DNA from: Paraspadella gotoi
Taxonomy: Eukaryota; Animalia; Chaetognatha
Direction of reading: 5' to 3'
DNA: 64,000 nucleotides
NCBI GenBank assembly: GCA_051294375.1
Contig: CM119264.1
Span: 24,220,002 to 24,284,001, forward strand
Shown: in pieces, positions 22,240-36,294 of the stretch
Numbering within the stretch: the first letter of the stretch is position 1
How the letters are laid out: each line of letters begins with the position of its first letter
Translations under genes and position numbers: made by a program
The notes under the pieces: model-generated
The model's database searches: none
The model's input: the letters and a program-made list of their open reading frames with translations, nothing else
Told to the model about the DNA's origin: nothing

Positions 22240-25200
22240 TTCAAATAATGTTGTCTTTCGCTAAATCATTGTCGTTGGCTTCCTCGCCCTTTCTCCTCTT
22301 TCCCTCGAGACGAGCAATTTTTACTTTCCCCTCTCTACGGTCCACCCCAAAGGCAACACCAACCCCATTTTCCACTACCAACCCGCGTCAGTTGTCCCCC
22401 CCCCAAAAAAAAATAATTTTTGAAAGCTTTGAAAACAAAAGGCAATTCCATTACTCGAATCTGAAACTAATATAACCATAATCTAAATGAGAAATTTTAG
22501 TTCGTTATTGGATCTCTCCTCAACATTTCCATCTGTTTTCAGATCAGATCCACCCGAAAAAAAAAGTGCGGAAACGGGATCCGATCTCGAGACGATCGGG
22601 TTCTCCATTTTGGGTCGACCAGTCGGCGCTTTGTTCCTTTGTTTGTCGTCACCATTTGCGGGTTTCTCACATTAGCCGATAGAGGCGCTTATGGTGTCGT
22701 TTTCGAGACTATAATTCGCCCCTTGGCCGTCAGAGTCGTTAGTGATAACGAGACCTTTCCTTCCGTAGCGTTTCTGGCTGCTATTGTCCATATAAGTAAT
22801 TTTGTCTTTATTGGAGTCATCGTCGTCGTCGTCGTCGTCGTCGTCATTGTCGTCAGTGACTTGACATGGGTCACCTTCTCTCTCTCCCATTGAATCTGTC
22901 TCTCTCAAACAATTAGGATAAACAGGAAAACTTGAAGGAGGAAAGAGTAAGAGGAAAGACAAACAAGGAAATATGAGGGACAAAGAGAAAATTACAGAAG
23001 AAATTGGGAAGAGAACCCAGAAAAAAAAAGAAAAAGGTAATACTAAATGTAAAAGATGACCGAGTAATATTTGTATTTCACAAAAGTACTAAAAGACTAT
23101 GAAATAGTCAGGACAAATTGGAGAATAAGGACATACGGCCGAAATGGGGAGAACAAACGAGGGAAAAAAATTGAGACCAAACACAAACTTTCCAAATCTC
23201 GACTCGAGGGGACAAATCCGATGACCGAGAATGAAAGCTAATTGGTTCACGGAAACGATTAGNNNNNNNNNNNNNNNNNNNNNNNNNNNNNNNNNNNNNN
23301 NNNNNNNNNNNNNNNNNNNNNNNNNNNNNNNNNNNNNNNNNNNNNNNNNNNNNNNNNNNNNNNNNNNNNNNNNNNNNNNNNNNNNNNNNNNNNNNNNNNN
23401 NNNNNNNNNNNNNNNNNNNNNNNNNNGTAAAAATGGGAAAAGCTAGAAAACAAGAGATGAAGAAAGAAAGACACAAAGGACATTAGATAATTTTCTTCCC
23501 CCAATTTCTAATTTTCTTCCCCCATTTTCTAATTTTCTTCCCCTCTTTCTCGTGCCCTTCCCTTGCTTTCCCCCNNNNNNNNNNNNNNNNNNNNNNNNNN
23601 NNNNNNNNNNNNNNNNNNNNNNNNNNNNNNNNNNNNNNNNNNNNNNNNNNNNNNNNNNNNNNNNNNNNNNNNNNNNNNNNNNNNNNNNNNNNNNNNNNNN
23701 NNNNNNNNNNNNNNNNNNNNNNNNNNNNNNNNNNNNNNNNNNNNNNNNNNNNNNNNNNNNNNNNNNNNNNCGGTCGGCGGCGAAATAAATAATAAGTTAT
23801 TAAACATTAAACGAGCGTCGATCTCGAGTACTAAATATCTAAATCTTTTCAATTCGTCGCTGCGCACGAGAAGTTCACGCCTTTTTCACTTTGGCCCCAA
23901 ATCGACTCCCGATGTCGTTTTGTTTGTTTTTTCCGCCAAAAAAAAAAAAGAAAAAGATGATGCTTTTCGATCTTTGAGATTTGGAGAACGATGAGCCGCG
24001 AGATACCATAGGAGACAAAAAACATATTTGAATTATAATTTAAAAAAGATTAGTTATTTTTCTTAGACTTGAAATTTTATAATAAAAAAATTATGAACAT
24101 ATTTAAGACACTAAAAAGTTAAAATAAAACTAAGTGAAGGGTTTCTTCTTTTTATTTATAAAATATTAAGAAATATTAGCTAAATTTTAACTGGAGTGTG
24201 GTTTGTTCACATGATTTGACGCCGCGATCGCTTATCCGCGGGTTCTTTTACAAGAAAAGGATCATTTATTGCTCATTAATGATTATAAGCGAAAAATTGT
24301 AAAAGGAAAAAAAGGCCTTGTGAAAAGCCGAAAAGTTCTATTGATTCGGCATTGGGGTACAAATTTTATTTTTTAAATGAGGGTATTTAAAAAAAAAGTA
24401 TTTTACTACTATACAATACGATAGTCTTTAAGAAAGGTGTATATTATACAGTGGCATATTATATTCTTTGGTAGCACTTATTTATTTTTTCATTGCATTT
24501 AATCAAATTATTTGTTTGGTACCAGTCTATGGTTCAGACTACAAAAAGGTGTGCATATTATAATCAAATTAGATAGGCGAAAAAATTTGTTTTTTTCTTT
24601 TGGTGAAAAGCTCTCAAAAATCGGTGCGATAAAAAACGGGGTCCCCGTTTGGAAATGCTAGTAGTCAATGCGAATTCTCGAAGAAACCTATTGCGAATTC
24701 CACTTCTCTTCCTTAACTTGAACTCTGTCAACTTTGTTTCTTAGCTTTAGGCACTTGGCATTTTAACACTTATTCTTAGCATTTATTATCACCTAAATGT
24801 CCCTGATCGTCGTCCTACACAATCGGGTTTAAGATTACCATGATCCCTTTAAATTTCCTTTTCCTTTCAATCTAATAAAAAGAAGTCGTCTTTTATGAAT
24901 TTGCCTTCTAATAAATTTAGGCGTGTATATGCGGATAAATAATTTAAAAGTTCCAAAAATGGAGTATGCTAGTTTTAAAGTCCAAAACCCAATCCCAATA
25001 AAAGTTTCCACACTTTAAATAGTCAACAAGTCGATGAAAATAATAAAAGGCGGACGGACCATTGAAGCGATCGAGCAACGCGATTTCTCGAGAAGGTCGA
25101 CCGATTCGAGTTCTGTCAAGAAATACAAAAATACAGATATTCGAAGAGGTGAGAGAGCAAACTACGATCTCATCTCCGTACAAAACTATTTCAATTGTGA

Positions 25201-28200
25201 GGTATCTTTGCAAAATTAGACTGGTTCCCCTAAAATACTATCTTTTTCTTTTTCTTGAATAACTGCATGGAAAAATAAAAGTCGTCTCATCGACACTAGA
25301 AATTATCAAACCTATTGCAACTTATATCTATACAACTTCTTCTAAAGACTTATCAATCTTCTATCATTAAGTAGAAATACTTTTCTTTTTAAACTACCCT
25401 CATCTTCAAAAAATTAAAAATTCTTTGGTACCCAATTGCACACAATTGGACATCTTGCTTCCCCGCTTTTTTAACTGCCTTCTTTCTTTTCCTTTATCAT
25501 CTCAACTCTCCTCTACTCACTTCTCTCTCTCTGCTTTCCCTCCTCTTAAAGAGGATTTCTTGAGGTGCCTGTTGCCTGTTCTTAGGGTCCACAAAGTTCT
25601 TTTGACGCCAAAGAGGGTGCTGCGGACATAATACTATATTAAGTGAGGGCGCCGACTATATAAGGCATGCGAAAAAAAGATGGACGCTTCCGCCTTAATT
25701 GTGTCCGATAACGTACGAATCTTCTTGGTTTAGGCACGCACCAAACTCAGAGAACCATCGCCAAGGGTTTCTGGGTATGAAGGAAGTGGCGTGAGGAGGG
25801 ATCACCAGCGGGCCGGGGTCACGAAATAAGGTACTGATGCTGTGGGAACTACAAAGGCACCCATTTAACACCTCTAATCCTAGGTTATTTAATTAATTGA
25901 AGTTTATTTTCTTTTTATTTTTATTAGTTTAAAAGAGCTAATGGGAAAATAAAAAAGGGAGAAGTAAAAGTAAGAAAACAAACATGGGATGCAAGAACTG
26001 TTTATAGTTAGTAGTATTAAGTAGAGAGTTAACTGTTAGTATGTAAGTATGTACGAGCACGTATGAAAGATAAGTTAGATTGAGAGTCAATATTATGATG
26101 TATTTAGATAATGTGAGCAAAAAATGATTACGAAGTACGTAAGAGAGAGAGAAGAGAATCAGAACAAGATACTAACCGTCTTATAGTAAAAACTATATGC
26201 AATAGAATAGTTATGAGTTATTCATAATTATCTTAGCTACAGCACTCCTACTTTTGATGGAAACTCTGACTATAAATTAAAACCAGGGAGAATCATTTTA
26301 GTTTTTTTTTGTCTGAAGAGGTCTCTGCCCTACTTCTCAAAATTCATGGGGTGGCGGTAATAACAGATTTATAATTCCTAATATAAGCAAATTGGATAAA
26401 AACGTACGAAGGCGGCAGCACCCGTAACTTAACGGTCCATCGGCCGCCGCCTGTCCCCAACCGATTCCGATGCCTCTCAACGAATCGCTCAGCAAGAGGC
26501 AATCGCGCAATCAAGCCATCCAATCTTGTATTTCGTGTCTTAATCTTGTTCGTCGTTTGGCTTTGGATGCCTGGAGAGAGCACTATAAATCCGTACCATT
26601 CCGCGGGTGAGGTTCAACTTCGTTGGAACGAAAAAGGTCGACTGGAAAAAGGCTGAGGAAACAGTGATAACTACACAAGGGCGTTCGGACTCACCGTGAC
26701 GTGGCCGGGAACCCCACAGACATAGAGTTCTGACAGATTTTTAAAGGTAGATCTTCAACCATTAGTACTCCGTCGTAATTTCAAAGGATCTGACCGCACC
26801 GTCTTCTTGTACGGAGTCGTCGGTGCCGTTTTAATGACGCTTCATCCGTTTTAATCCACAGGCGGAATATCATTTTGGGGTCGTTCCGGTGGCGCACACG
26901 GACGTCGTGACACTCCGGTGGCTCAATAAACAATAAAGGAATAAGAGACGGCAGATGGAAAGTCTTTGTCGGATCCAGATGAATATTGGAGTATTACTTG
27001 AGACGTGTTAGTTATCTTAAAAGATTGTGGTTGGGTTTTTTATTTTAAAATTTTAATTTATATATACCGTTATAATAAACAATGCACGAGTTATCTTTGT
27101 CGAGTCAATGTAGTGTATATAGAAACTAGTGTACACACATGAATAATGCTAAGAGTGTTCGTACGTTCTCGCGCTTTCCGAACAGCATCGAATTACTGTT
27201 TTGTATTTTAATCCGATAATTATTTAAAGCATTTTGTTTCCGGTCTCTCTTCCGTTATATAAGTTTTTCCGTCCCCGGTACCTGGATATAACTTTTTCGT
27301 CGGCCGCTCTCTTTCTTTTATGCCTATATTTTCATTTTCTCCATTTGTGTAGTGCGAGATTGGGAGCTGGGTTATTAAGCCAGATAGGTGAAGTGCGGTT
27401 GCTTACGTCACGAAACGAGGGAGCAAGAAAAAGATTAAAGAATGGAAAAATGGGGGTATAGTAATATCGACCTCTATGAAATTCGGCGATGTGAAGAACA
27501 GAATTACAGGGCGAGTCGATCAGAGACATATGTCCTTATTTGTGTCCGCCTCCTCTCTTCTCTTCTGCGCTTTGACAGATACTCTCCTGCTCGTTTTACT
27601 ATACTTTTTCCCAATTTATTACCTTTTCTTCCTTTTTCCTTTGTACATTTTGAAATGTTTTTATTTTCCCCTCTATCCCGAGTCTATGCTACTGACGCCA
27701 GATACGCAGAGAGTAGGAGCAGATGAGAGAGACGAGATGACGATGCCTCTCTCATGAGCTCTACGACCGAGTCGTCATCTTCTGCTGCTCTCCCCTACTC
27801 GCCTCTGCCATGAGCACAGACGATGAGAGAGCACTGTAGAGAGAGAGAGAGAGAGACGGGCTTCTTCACTCTCATCCATACGTGGCTCGAACCCTTTGTT
27901 CTTCGTCGCGACTTACAACTATACTGCTTAAGTTTGGACAAATTGGCGGCGCGCGGCGATCGACATCCGAAACATTAAAGCTATGTCAGTAACTACGGTC
28001 ATTACTAACACAATTTTGATTGAATCGGACGCCTACGAGAAGTCGCGGAGAGGAGATTTTGGAAAGTTGTAGTGGTTTAGTGCGTAAGAACATTGAAGCA
28101 ATTCAAAAGAAGACAATTTGGTTTCTTCTCTCTCCGCCATCCTCGCTGTTGTCGGCTTTTCCATTCACCCATTTTCTCGGCCACGTATGTTCCTTTATTC

Positions 28201-29258
28201 CTTTTCTCCTAACAAAAATAAAAATGACCAAAAAAGAGAAACATGAAATATATCAAGTCCCTTGGTGCTTTGAGATAACTAAATAATGTGGTTATGGAGG
28301 ATAGTCAAACATTATTACCTCGTTCCATGCTTTTTTACCAGTTTGAAGTTATTAAAGACAAACTTCTTCCTCCAACTTTTTTTTCTGGGTTCTCCTTCCC
28401 AATTTCTTCCTGGTAATTATTTCTCTTTGTCCCCTCAAAATATTTCCTTGTTTGTCCTTTTCCCTCTTACCTTTCCCTCCTTCAAAGGTTTTTTTCCTGT
28501 TTAAATCCTAAATTGTTTGAGAAGAGACAGGAATTTTCCAATGGAGGAGAGAAAGGTGAACCCATTATCCAAGTCACTGACGACAATGACGAACGACGAA
28601 CGAAACGACGACGACGATGAAAAAACTCCAAGTAAAGACAAAATTACTTTCCATATGGACAATAGCGCCAGAAAACCAGCTACGGAAGAAAGGTCCCTCG
28701 TTATCAACTAACGACTCAGACGGCCCCCAAAAGGGGCGAATTAATAGTCCCTTCGAAACGACACATAAGCCGGCCTCTATCGCTAATGTGAAGAAAACCG
28801 CCCATGGTGACGACCAAACAAGGACAAAGGCGCCGACTGGTCGACCAAAATGGAGAACCTCGCGATCGTCTTGAGAAAAATCGATCCATTTCCGCAACTT
28901 TTTTTTTCCGGGGGGGAGTTCTGGAGTTCTGAAAGCAGATGGAAATGTTTTGAGGAAGATCTCAATAACGAACTAAAAATTTCTCATTTTAGATTAGGTT
29001 ATATATAGCTTTCCAGATTTCGAGTAATGGAAAAATTGCCCTTTTGTTTCAAAGCTTTTTCAAAATTTTTTTTTTTTTTGGGGGGGGGACAACTGACGCC
29101 GGGTTGGTAGTGGAAAAATGGGGGGTTTGGTGGTTGCCTTTGGGTGCGACCGTAGAGAGGGGAAGTAAAATTGCTCGTCTTTCGAGGGAAAGAGGAAGAA
29201 AGGGCGAAGGGAAAGCCAACTGACAATGAAATTATTAGCGAAAGACAAATATTTTGGA
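22240..29258. repeat. Inverted near-duplicate (22240-23262 vs 27955-29258)
   Basis: For example, ctccattttgggtcgaccagtcggcgc (22602) is the reverse complement of gcgccgactggtcgaccaaaatggag (28830). Both copies abut N gaps. Confidence 0.85.
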
Positions 29259-30378
29259 NNNNNNNNNNNNNNNNNNNNNNNNNATAGTCTTTAGAAAGTG
29301 TATATTATAAGTGCATATTATATTCTTGCTATGCACATTTATTTTCATTACATTATCAAAAAAAAATATTTTGAACCAGTTATAAAAACTCAAAATTCAT
29401 AATCAAAATTGAATGCGAAAATTTTTTTTCTTTTGGTGAAAGCCTCTCAATATCTGCGATAAAAACGTCGTTGAGAGATCAATGTTCTCAAATCCGAAAT
29501 TCCACTTCCTTATCTTGATTTCACTTTGTTTCTTAGCTTTTCAGGCACTTGGCATTTTTAACACTATTCTTAGCATTTTTATCACCTAATGCCCTGATTT
29601 GTTAGCAATCGGTTTAAGATTACAGATCCCTTAATTTCCTTTTCCCTTTTCAATTAAAAAGAAGTCGTCTTTTCTGAATTTGCCTTCTAATAAATTTACT
29701 TATATGCGGATAAATAAATGTAAATTCCAAAATGATATGAGTTAAAGAACCCAATCCCCTTAAATTTCCCTTTTGTCACAAGTCGCTGAAATATAAAAGG
29801 CGGACGGACCGAAGCGATCGAGCAACGCGACTGAGAATCGAGATTCGAGTCTGTAAGAAATACAAACAGATCGAAGAAGGGAGAGACAAACACGACCTCG
29901 CCGTCCACAAATGGGTCACCGTGTCTCTCTCTCTCTCGTCTCTCTTATGTCTCTCTCAGTTCCTCTTCTCTCGTCTCCTGCTGGCTCTGTCTCTCGTCTC
30001 TCTCTTTCTCTTCTCTCTCTTCTCGTCTCATCTCTCTCTCGCTCTGCTTTGCCGCTTCGCCTCTTAAAGAGGATTTCTTGGGCTGCATGTTTTTAGAGGC
30101 CCACAAAGTTCTTTTTGACCAAGAGGGGCTGCGGCTAAAATAAGAAGGCGCCGAGCCTTTAGGTCTGCGAAAGAGTGCGCGCTCCCGTTAATGGTCCGAA
30201 TTAATGCGACGAATCTCTTGGGGCGGGCACGCCGCCACTCGAGAAAATCTCAAGGGTTTGGGTGAAAGGAATGGTAGGGGGGAGGCAAAAGGGGGGGGGC
30301 AGAAAAGATTGTTCTGGTCAAGGATTAACCTAATTGATTAATGAAGAGTTTGGGAAAATAAAGGGATAAGTAAAAGAA

Positions 30379-30425
<47 letters not shown>

Positions 30426-31260
30426 GAGAGAAGAGAGGAGGAGAGAGAGAGAGAGAGAGANNNNNNNNNNNNNNNNNNNNNNNNNNNNNNNNNNNNNNNN
30501 NNNNNNNNNNNNNNNNNNNNNNNNNNNNNNNNNNNNNNNNNNNNNNNNNNNNNNNNNNNNNNNNNNNNNNNNNNNNNNNNNNNNNNNNNNNNNNNNNNNN
30601 NNNNNNNNNNNNNNNNNNNNNNNNNNNNNNNNNNNNNNNNNNNNNNNNNNNNNNNNNNNNNNNNNNNNNNNNNNNNNNNNNNNNNNNNNNNNNNCAATTG
30701 ATAAAAGACGAGGCGGCAGCAGAACTTTATCCGCCGCGCCGCCCCGTCAGCCGACGCAGCGTCGCTGCACGATTCGTCTGCGTCCACGGTGGCGATGTGG
30801 AAGTTATCGTTGCGTGTAACCGTTGAAGAGTCGACGAAATGAGCGAACAAAAGGCGTCGACTCACGTGACTCGGGCGAAATAGTCACGTGACGTCACCCC
30901 CGTCTAATTTCACGCTCGGCCGGCGTCGGCCGAGCGTCTCCGTTTTCCGCGGAATCATTTGGGGTCGTTTTGCGAAACAGTTATTTTCATATGGTAAAAG
31001 CTCAGTGAATCTTTGTCGGTCCCAGATGAATATTAGTATTCTTGACTTTAGGTTATCTTGAAAAAATTTGGGTTGGTTTTTTATTTTAAAATTTTAATTT
31101 TATATATACCTTATAATAAACTTCACTTTCTTTTCGTATGTATGTAAAATTTTCCCTGAAATTCTAGGTTCGTACGCGGCGCTACTTGATTTCTTAACAT
31201 TTTCCGGTCTCTTCCCGTTAAATTCCCTTATTTCTTTTGTCGGCTTTTCTTCATTTTGTC
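24420..31260. repeat. Direct near-duplicate (24420-25990 vs 29284-30380; 26870-27330 vs 30940-31260)
   Basis: Colinear sequence with indel noise (e.g. ggcacttggcattttaacact; aaaagaagtcgtctttt). Confidence 0.8.
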
Positions 31261-32091
31261 GATCAACTTTCCGTTAAAAGTAGGTGTCGGTTTTTCCCGC
31301 AAAAGATGGTTTTTCGTCCCTCCATTCAGCGTCGGGCGGAGAAACTCGAGGAAAACACCCCCGCCCCCCCCCACCTCTCTATTGGCTGAGACCCGAGCTA
31401 ATTCAATGAGAGAGAGGACGAGAGAGTGAGACGAGAGAGGAAAGAGTGTAGAGATAAGCCAGAGAGAGAAAGAGAGGAGGGTGAGGCAAGGGGAGCGGAG
31501 AGAAGAAGAGAAGACCGAGAATGATGACACGGGAATCGGAGGAGCGGAGGAGAGGATGGAGGATGTTAGAGACGGGACCTTTTTCAACTTACTAAATAAT
31601 GCCAATAAGGGGCAGCCTTTTTCGCGATGAGATATTTTCCAATCAGGACACAAAAATTGCTATACGCCGCTGGCGCGAAGGCGACTCTCCGATTGAGAGG
31701 GGGGGTACATTGGGGACAATGTATGATGAATGATGGGTGTTTCTTATTTGATTGATTGATGATGGTGAGCAAATGTTTGAGTGTTGGACTATTTTGTTTA
31801 ATGTTGTGTTGTTCGTGTTTTGGAAAAACATAATATGAAGCCCCCCCCCGCCTTGAGTATATAGAGCCCTAGGCCACTCGGGCCGGACCGATGATGAGAT
31901 GAGTGGGATCTATGGAATGGTGGAAAACAAATTTAGGAAATTCTATTTATAAAAAAAATTATGAAATAAAGGCCAGAGAAGAGAGGAATGAGGATGAGAG
32001 AGAAAGAGGAGAACATGAAGAAGAGAATTCAATACAAAGGACAATCGCCCTTCCTCCGACCCGCCGCTCTCATGTTCATATCATTTTTTAA

Positions 32092-32093
<2 letters not shown>

Positions 32094-32183
<90 letters not shown>
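32094..32183 (+). repeat. ~90 nt poly-A run
   Basis: Seen directly in the sequence. Confidence 0.9.
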
Positions 32184-32185
<2 letters not shown>

Positions 32186-33323
32186 AATATGGGCGAAAAA
32201 AAAGTGTAGAGATCAACATTCGCGTGAGAAACTTCTCCCAACGCCCCCTCCTCCCTCTTTCCTCCACTTCGTTTTTGGCACCATTTATGATGGAAGACCT
32301 TAAAACGGGGGGTAGATTAAAGGTCCCGACAGACCTCGAAACCTTAAGACCTCAAAAAAAACGACGTCGCCCGATCGATTTGTTTACTTTTCCGCCAAAG
32401 ATTCCGGGCGAAGATATCGACTCGTTCGATTTGCCGTTTTTCTGTTCCGTTCTGTTCTTTGGTCCCGTTCGTCTGTTTGTTCGTTTGTTTGTTTTCGATA
32501 GAGGGCGGGATCGACGTTGGCTTTTTTTTTTTTTTTTTTTGGTGCCCGATCTTTATCGGGGGTTTGTGGGGTAGGGAGGGGCGGTAGTGGGGTCGGTGTG
32601 CTTCGTCTCCCAAGATTTCATCTCGAAAAAGAATAAAAAAAGAAGAGGAAAATAAAAAGGAAATCCATTATATTTGCCGAGATGAGAAGACATAACAATA
32701 ACAACAGCGAAGCCAAAAAAAAAAAGATTAGAAAAGAGTTGTTTTTTTTTTTGTGCGAAGAAAATAATTTGTTTTGTTTATGCGAATTTTGGCTGGAAAA
32801 CAAAACAACAAAACGTAGATAAAAATTCGCTTAAGATTGTAAACGGAGATAAAAGGCGAAATGAAGTGAGGCGAGGGAGGGAGGGAGTGGGGGACGAGGA
32901 GAGAAAGAGAGGAAAGGGAAGGAAGAGAAGAAATAAAATACGTCGAAGCTTTTTTTTTTTATGTTGTTTATCGGATTTGCGAAGAAATAAAGAGCAAGGC
33001 GTTGGAAAATTCGCAAGCTTAAAATTGGGATTACGAGTGAGGGAGAGAGACGAGAGAGAGAGAGAGAGAAGAGAGAGAGAGGAGAGAGAGGAGAGAGAAG
33101 AGAGAGAGATGAGAGAGAGAGAGAGAGGAGAGAGAAGAAATGCAATGTGGTTATATTACGTAAAAATCAGATCAGTCGTACGAAGTAAAAAAAAGAGTCA
33201 GTTTTTATTTAGTATTTTCATCACGTGACAATGTTTAGTATCTATTTTATCTTTTTGGGAGCAGTAGAAATATTACTTGTTTGAAAACTTAATGGATTTG
33301 TATGAGAAATAAATAAATAAATA

Positions 33324-33406
<83 letters not shown>

Positions 33407-33928
33407 GGGGAAAAAAAACCACTTAAAAACCTGGATCGCGGAAATTCTTTCCTTGGAAACGAAATTGTGGAAACAATTGACGATAATTTGTTGGTGCCTG
33501 ATAGAAAATGGTTGACAGTAACCCTGGAGACTTAAAAACAAAAAAAAATGCGTCCTTCCCTTTTTATAAAACGCGAGCCGTTGTCAAGGAGACGAAAAAT
33601 TGTGCCGAGAATCATCGATCGCGATCGCCGTCGTCAAGGAAACGGAAACAAAATGGCGTCGCACGATATATTGTTGTTTTCGTAGGACGCGAATTATTTC
33701 GGGTTGAGATTTCGTCGGGGTAATTCATTTTGAATCTTGACATATGGGGATCTCCTTTTTCATGTCATGTGAAATATGTTGCTTATAACTTGTTTTTTAC
33801 TTCTGTAGTAGTGTTTGTATTTTTTTCTCATTGCAACTACTTCCTATTTGCTATTTGCTATTTTCAAGTTTTCACTTTTTAACATTTTACATTTTACCGA
33901 CTTCCTGTGGTTAGAATTTTCTTTTTTT

Positions 33929-34016
<88 letters not shown>

Positions 34017-34212
34017 TATTTCTTTTCAATCCACAGCGAGGAGACCAACGTCCGAATCACTTCCGCTTGGTCGCACCTCATCCTCCTCCTCCTCCTCCTC
34101 CTCTTCATTTGCATATCATTCATACAGAAGAGGGGGGAGGGGGAGGCAAGTCTCCCGCTCGTCACATAATAACCATTGTTACGTTGAATCGGGGGTGAAA
34201 AAGGAGGAGGAG

Positions 34213-34244
<32 letters not shown>

Positions 34245-34324
34245 AGATTAGGAGGAAGGTTGGGATCATTTCTCCTGTCAAAATCTCCGATGATGAGAAA
34301 CAATCTTAATCATGAGGCGACCAT

Positions 34325-34378
<54 letters not shown>

Positions 34379-34662
34379 TTCTCAATAAAAAATATGGTGC
34401 GGATGATTCCGTGAAATCGGATGATGATGAAGATCATGACGACATATGTTTCGCTTATGATCACAACGACGACGTCGACGATGACGACGTATCCGATAAA
34501 GAATCTAAGACGGTTGGACTTATGTGGTTCTGCGCTTTTCCCGCTATCTTCCTCGTCGTCAGACACAATCACATTATCAATCAACCTTTTAAACCTTATT
34601 TTCTAAAATGACAACGACAAAATAACTGGATCTCTGTCTCTCTCTCTCTCTTTCTCTCTCTG

Positions 34663-34794
<132 letters not shown>

Positions 34795-36019
34795 CATCCC
34801 AGCAACGCCAACTGCAATGCGGGTTGGTATTGTGTACCATGATAGCCCGTCTCTCGTTCTCCACCAAAATTGACCACCTCAACCGACTGACCGACAGACC
34901 ACATTTGACGCTCGGGTGACGTCCGTTTTCGGCTTTTGTGACCTAACAACCCCCCGCCCCGCCCCCCACCCACCTCCCCAACCATTTTCAACCCCCCCTC
35001 TCCCATTGTAATCCCTAAACCATCGCTCCCCCCAGTATTCCATCTCCCCGACGTTACGTGAGGTCGGGCGGAACGAATCGTCGGGAATGGAACGCGGGAC
35101 TAGAAAAGATTTTAATTCAATTTGCATAAAGTCGAAGTTGTTGTTGTTGTTGATTCGGTGGTCGGAATTGATGCAATTGTGGTCAAAAATAGAAAAAAAG
35201 CCATTAACTTTGTCGAGGAATTAGGAATGCACGTCACGGGTTTGGGTTTAATCCGTACAACCTTTGCTGTTTTTAAAAAAAAAAATTTAAATGCTCTTTT
35301 AAATTATCTATAGCATTTATTTCCAATAATTTAATACTAATAATTAATTATTAATTTAATTAAATTATTAATAAAATTAATTTAATTTAATTCATAATTT
35401 AACATAATTTAATTTAATTTAATGTCCTTTTCTGTAGCACATTATGTTTATACATTTTTGGGTATATGAAATTGGTACAACCAAAATATGTTTTACATGT
35501 TTGATCATTAATTTCAATTCTCCTCTGATTTTTCAAGCAATGTTTCGCTTAAAACGCAATAAAAATAAAAATAAAAATGAAAATGTTTTCGTTGTAAAAA
35601 CTAAAAAAATAACTTTTTCCTGATATTTATAAATCAAGAAACCGAGAAAAAAAGACACTGAGAGCCACTCACATCTTTCCTTTTTGATAATAGAACAAAA
35701 TAATTGAGAAAGAAAACAAATCTCGTTGTTTGTAAACAAAAATAAACTTTGTTTTTCTCTCTCAATTTTAAACCGCAACGAAACGAAAGTCATTTTCAAT
35801 TTTCACCATAAATAAAATAATTAAAACAATAGACCGCCAGAATATTTTCTTCATTTATAGGTTAATATCAGCAACCTAAATAAAAGATTAAAAAAATAAG
35901 GAATAAGATTTACTATGATATCGGTTTCCGATACATTTCTTTTCTATTGACTCAATTTTCCCTTTTATCTCCCCCTCCCCCGCCCTCTTTCCCCCATATC
36001 CTCTCTCCCCCAATCCAAG

Positions 36020-36294
36020 GTCCCCTTTTCCCCGGTCACGTGCCCCCCGTTCCACCCCCGGCCCACCCCAACCACGCCAGCCACGCCCCCTTTTCGTGGC
36101 CCGTGGCGGCGGTGGCCGCGGCGCTGGCGGCCTCGACTCCGCACCGCGGGAAGCCCCGGCGCGGCATGCTGCGGCGCGCGGTCTTCTCCGAGGGGCAGCG
36201 CAAGGGGCTGGAGAAGAAGTTTCAACAGCAGAAATACATCAGCAAACCGGACAGAAAGAAGCTGGCGGAGAGGTTGGGCCTCAAGGATTCGCAG
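36020..36294 (+). CDS. Dbx: Dbx exon 4 (FSWP motif + homeodomain residues 1-44)
   Basis: PFSWP...RGKPRRGMLRRAVFSEGQRKGLEKKFQQQKYISKPDRKKLAERLGLKDSQ is a diagnostic Dbx-family homeodomain. Phase-0 donor CAG|GTTGGT. Confidence 0.95.

Noticed and set aside
23108-23994. ORFs containing long X runs
   Set aside because: They are artefacts of translating through N gaps.
32094-32183. Poly-A run as the tail of a retrocopy or LINE
   Set aside because: No upstream ORF, SINE head or target-site duplication is visible, so it may be a sequencing or assembly artefact.
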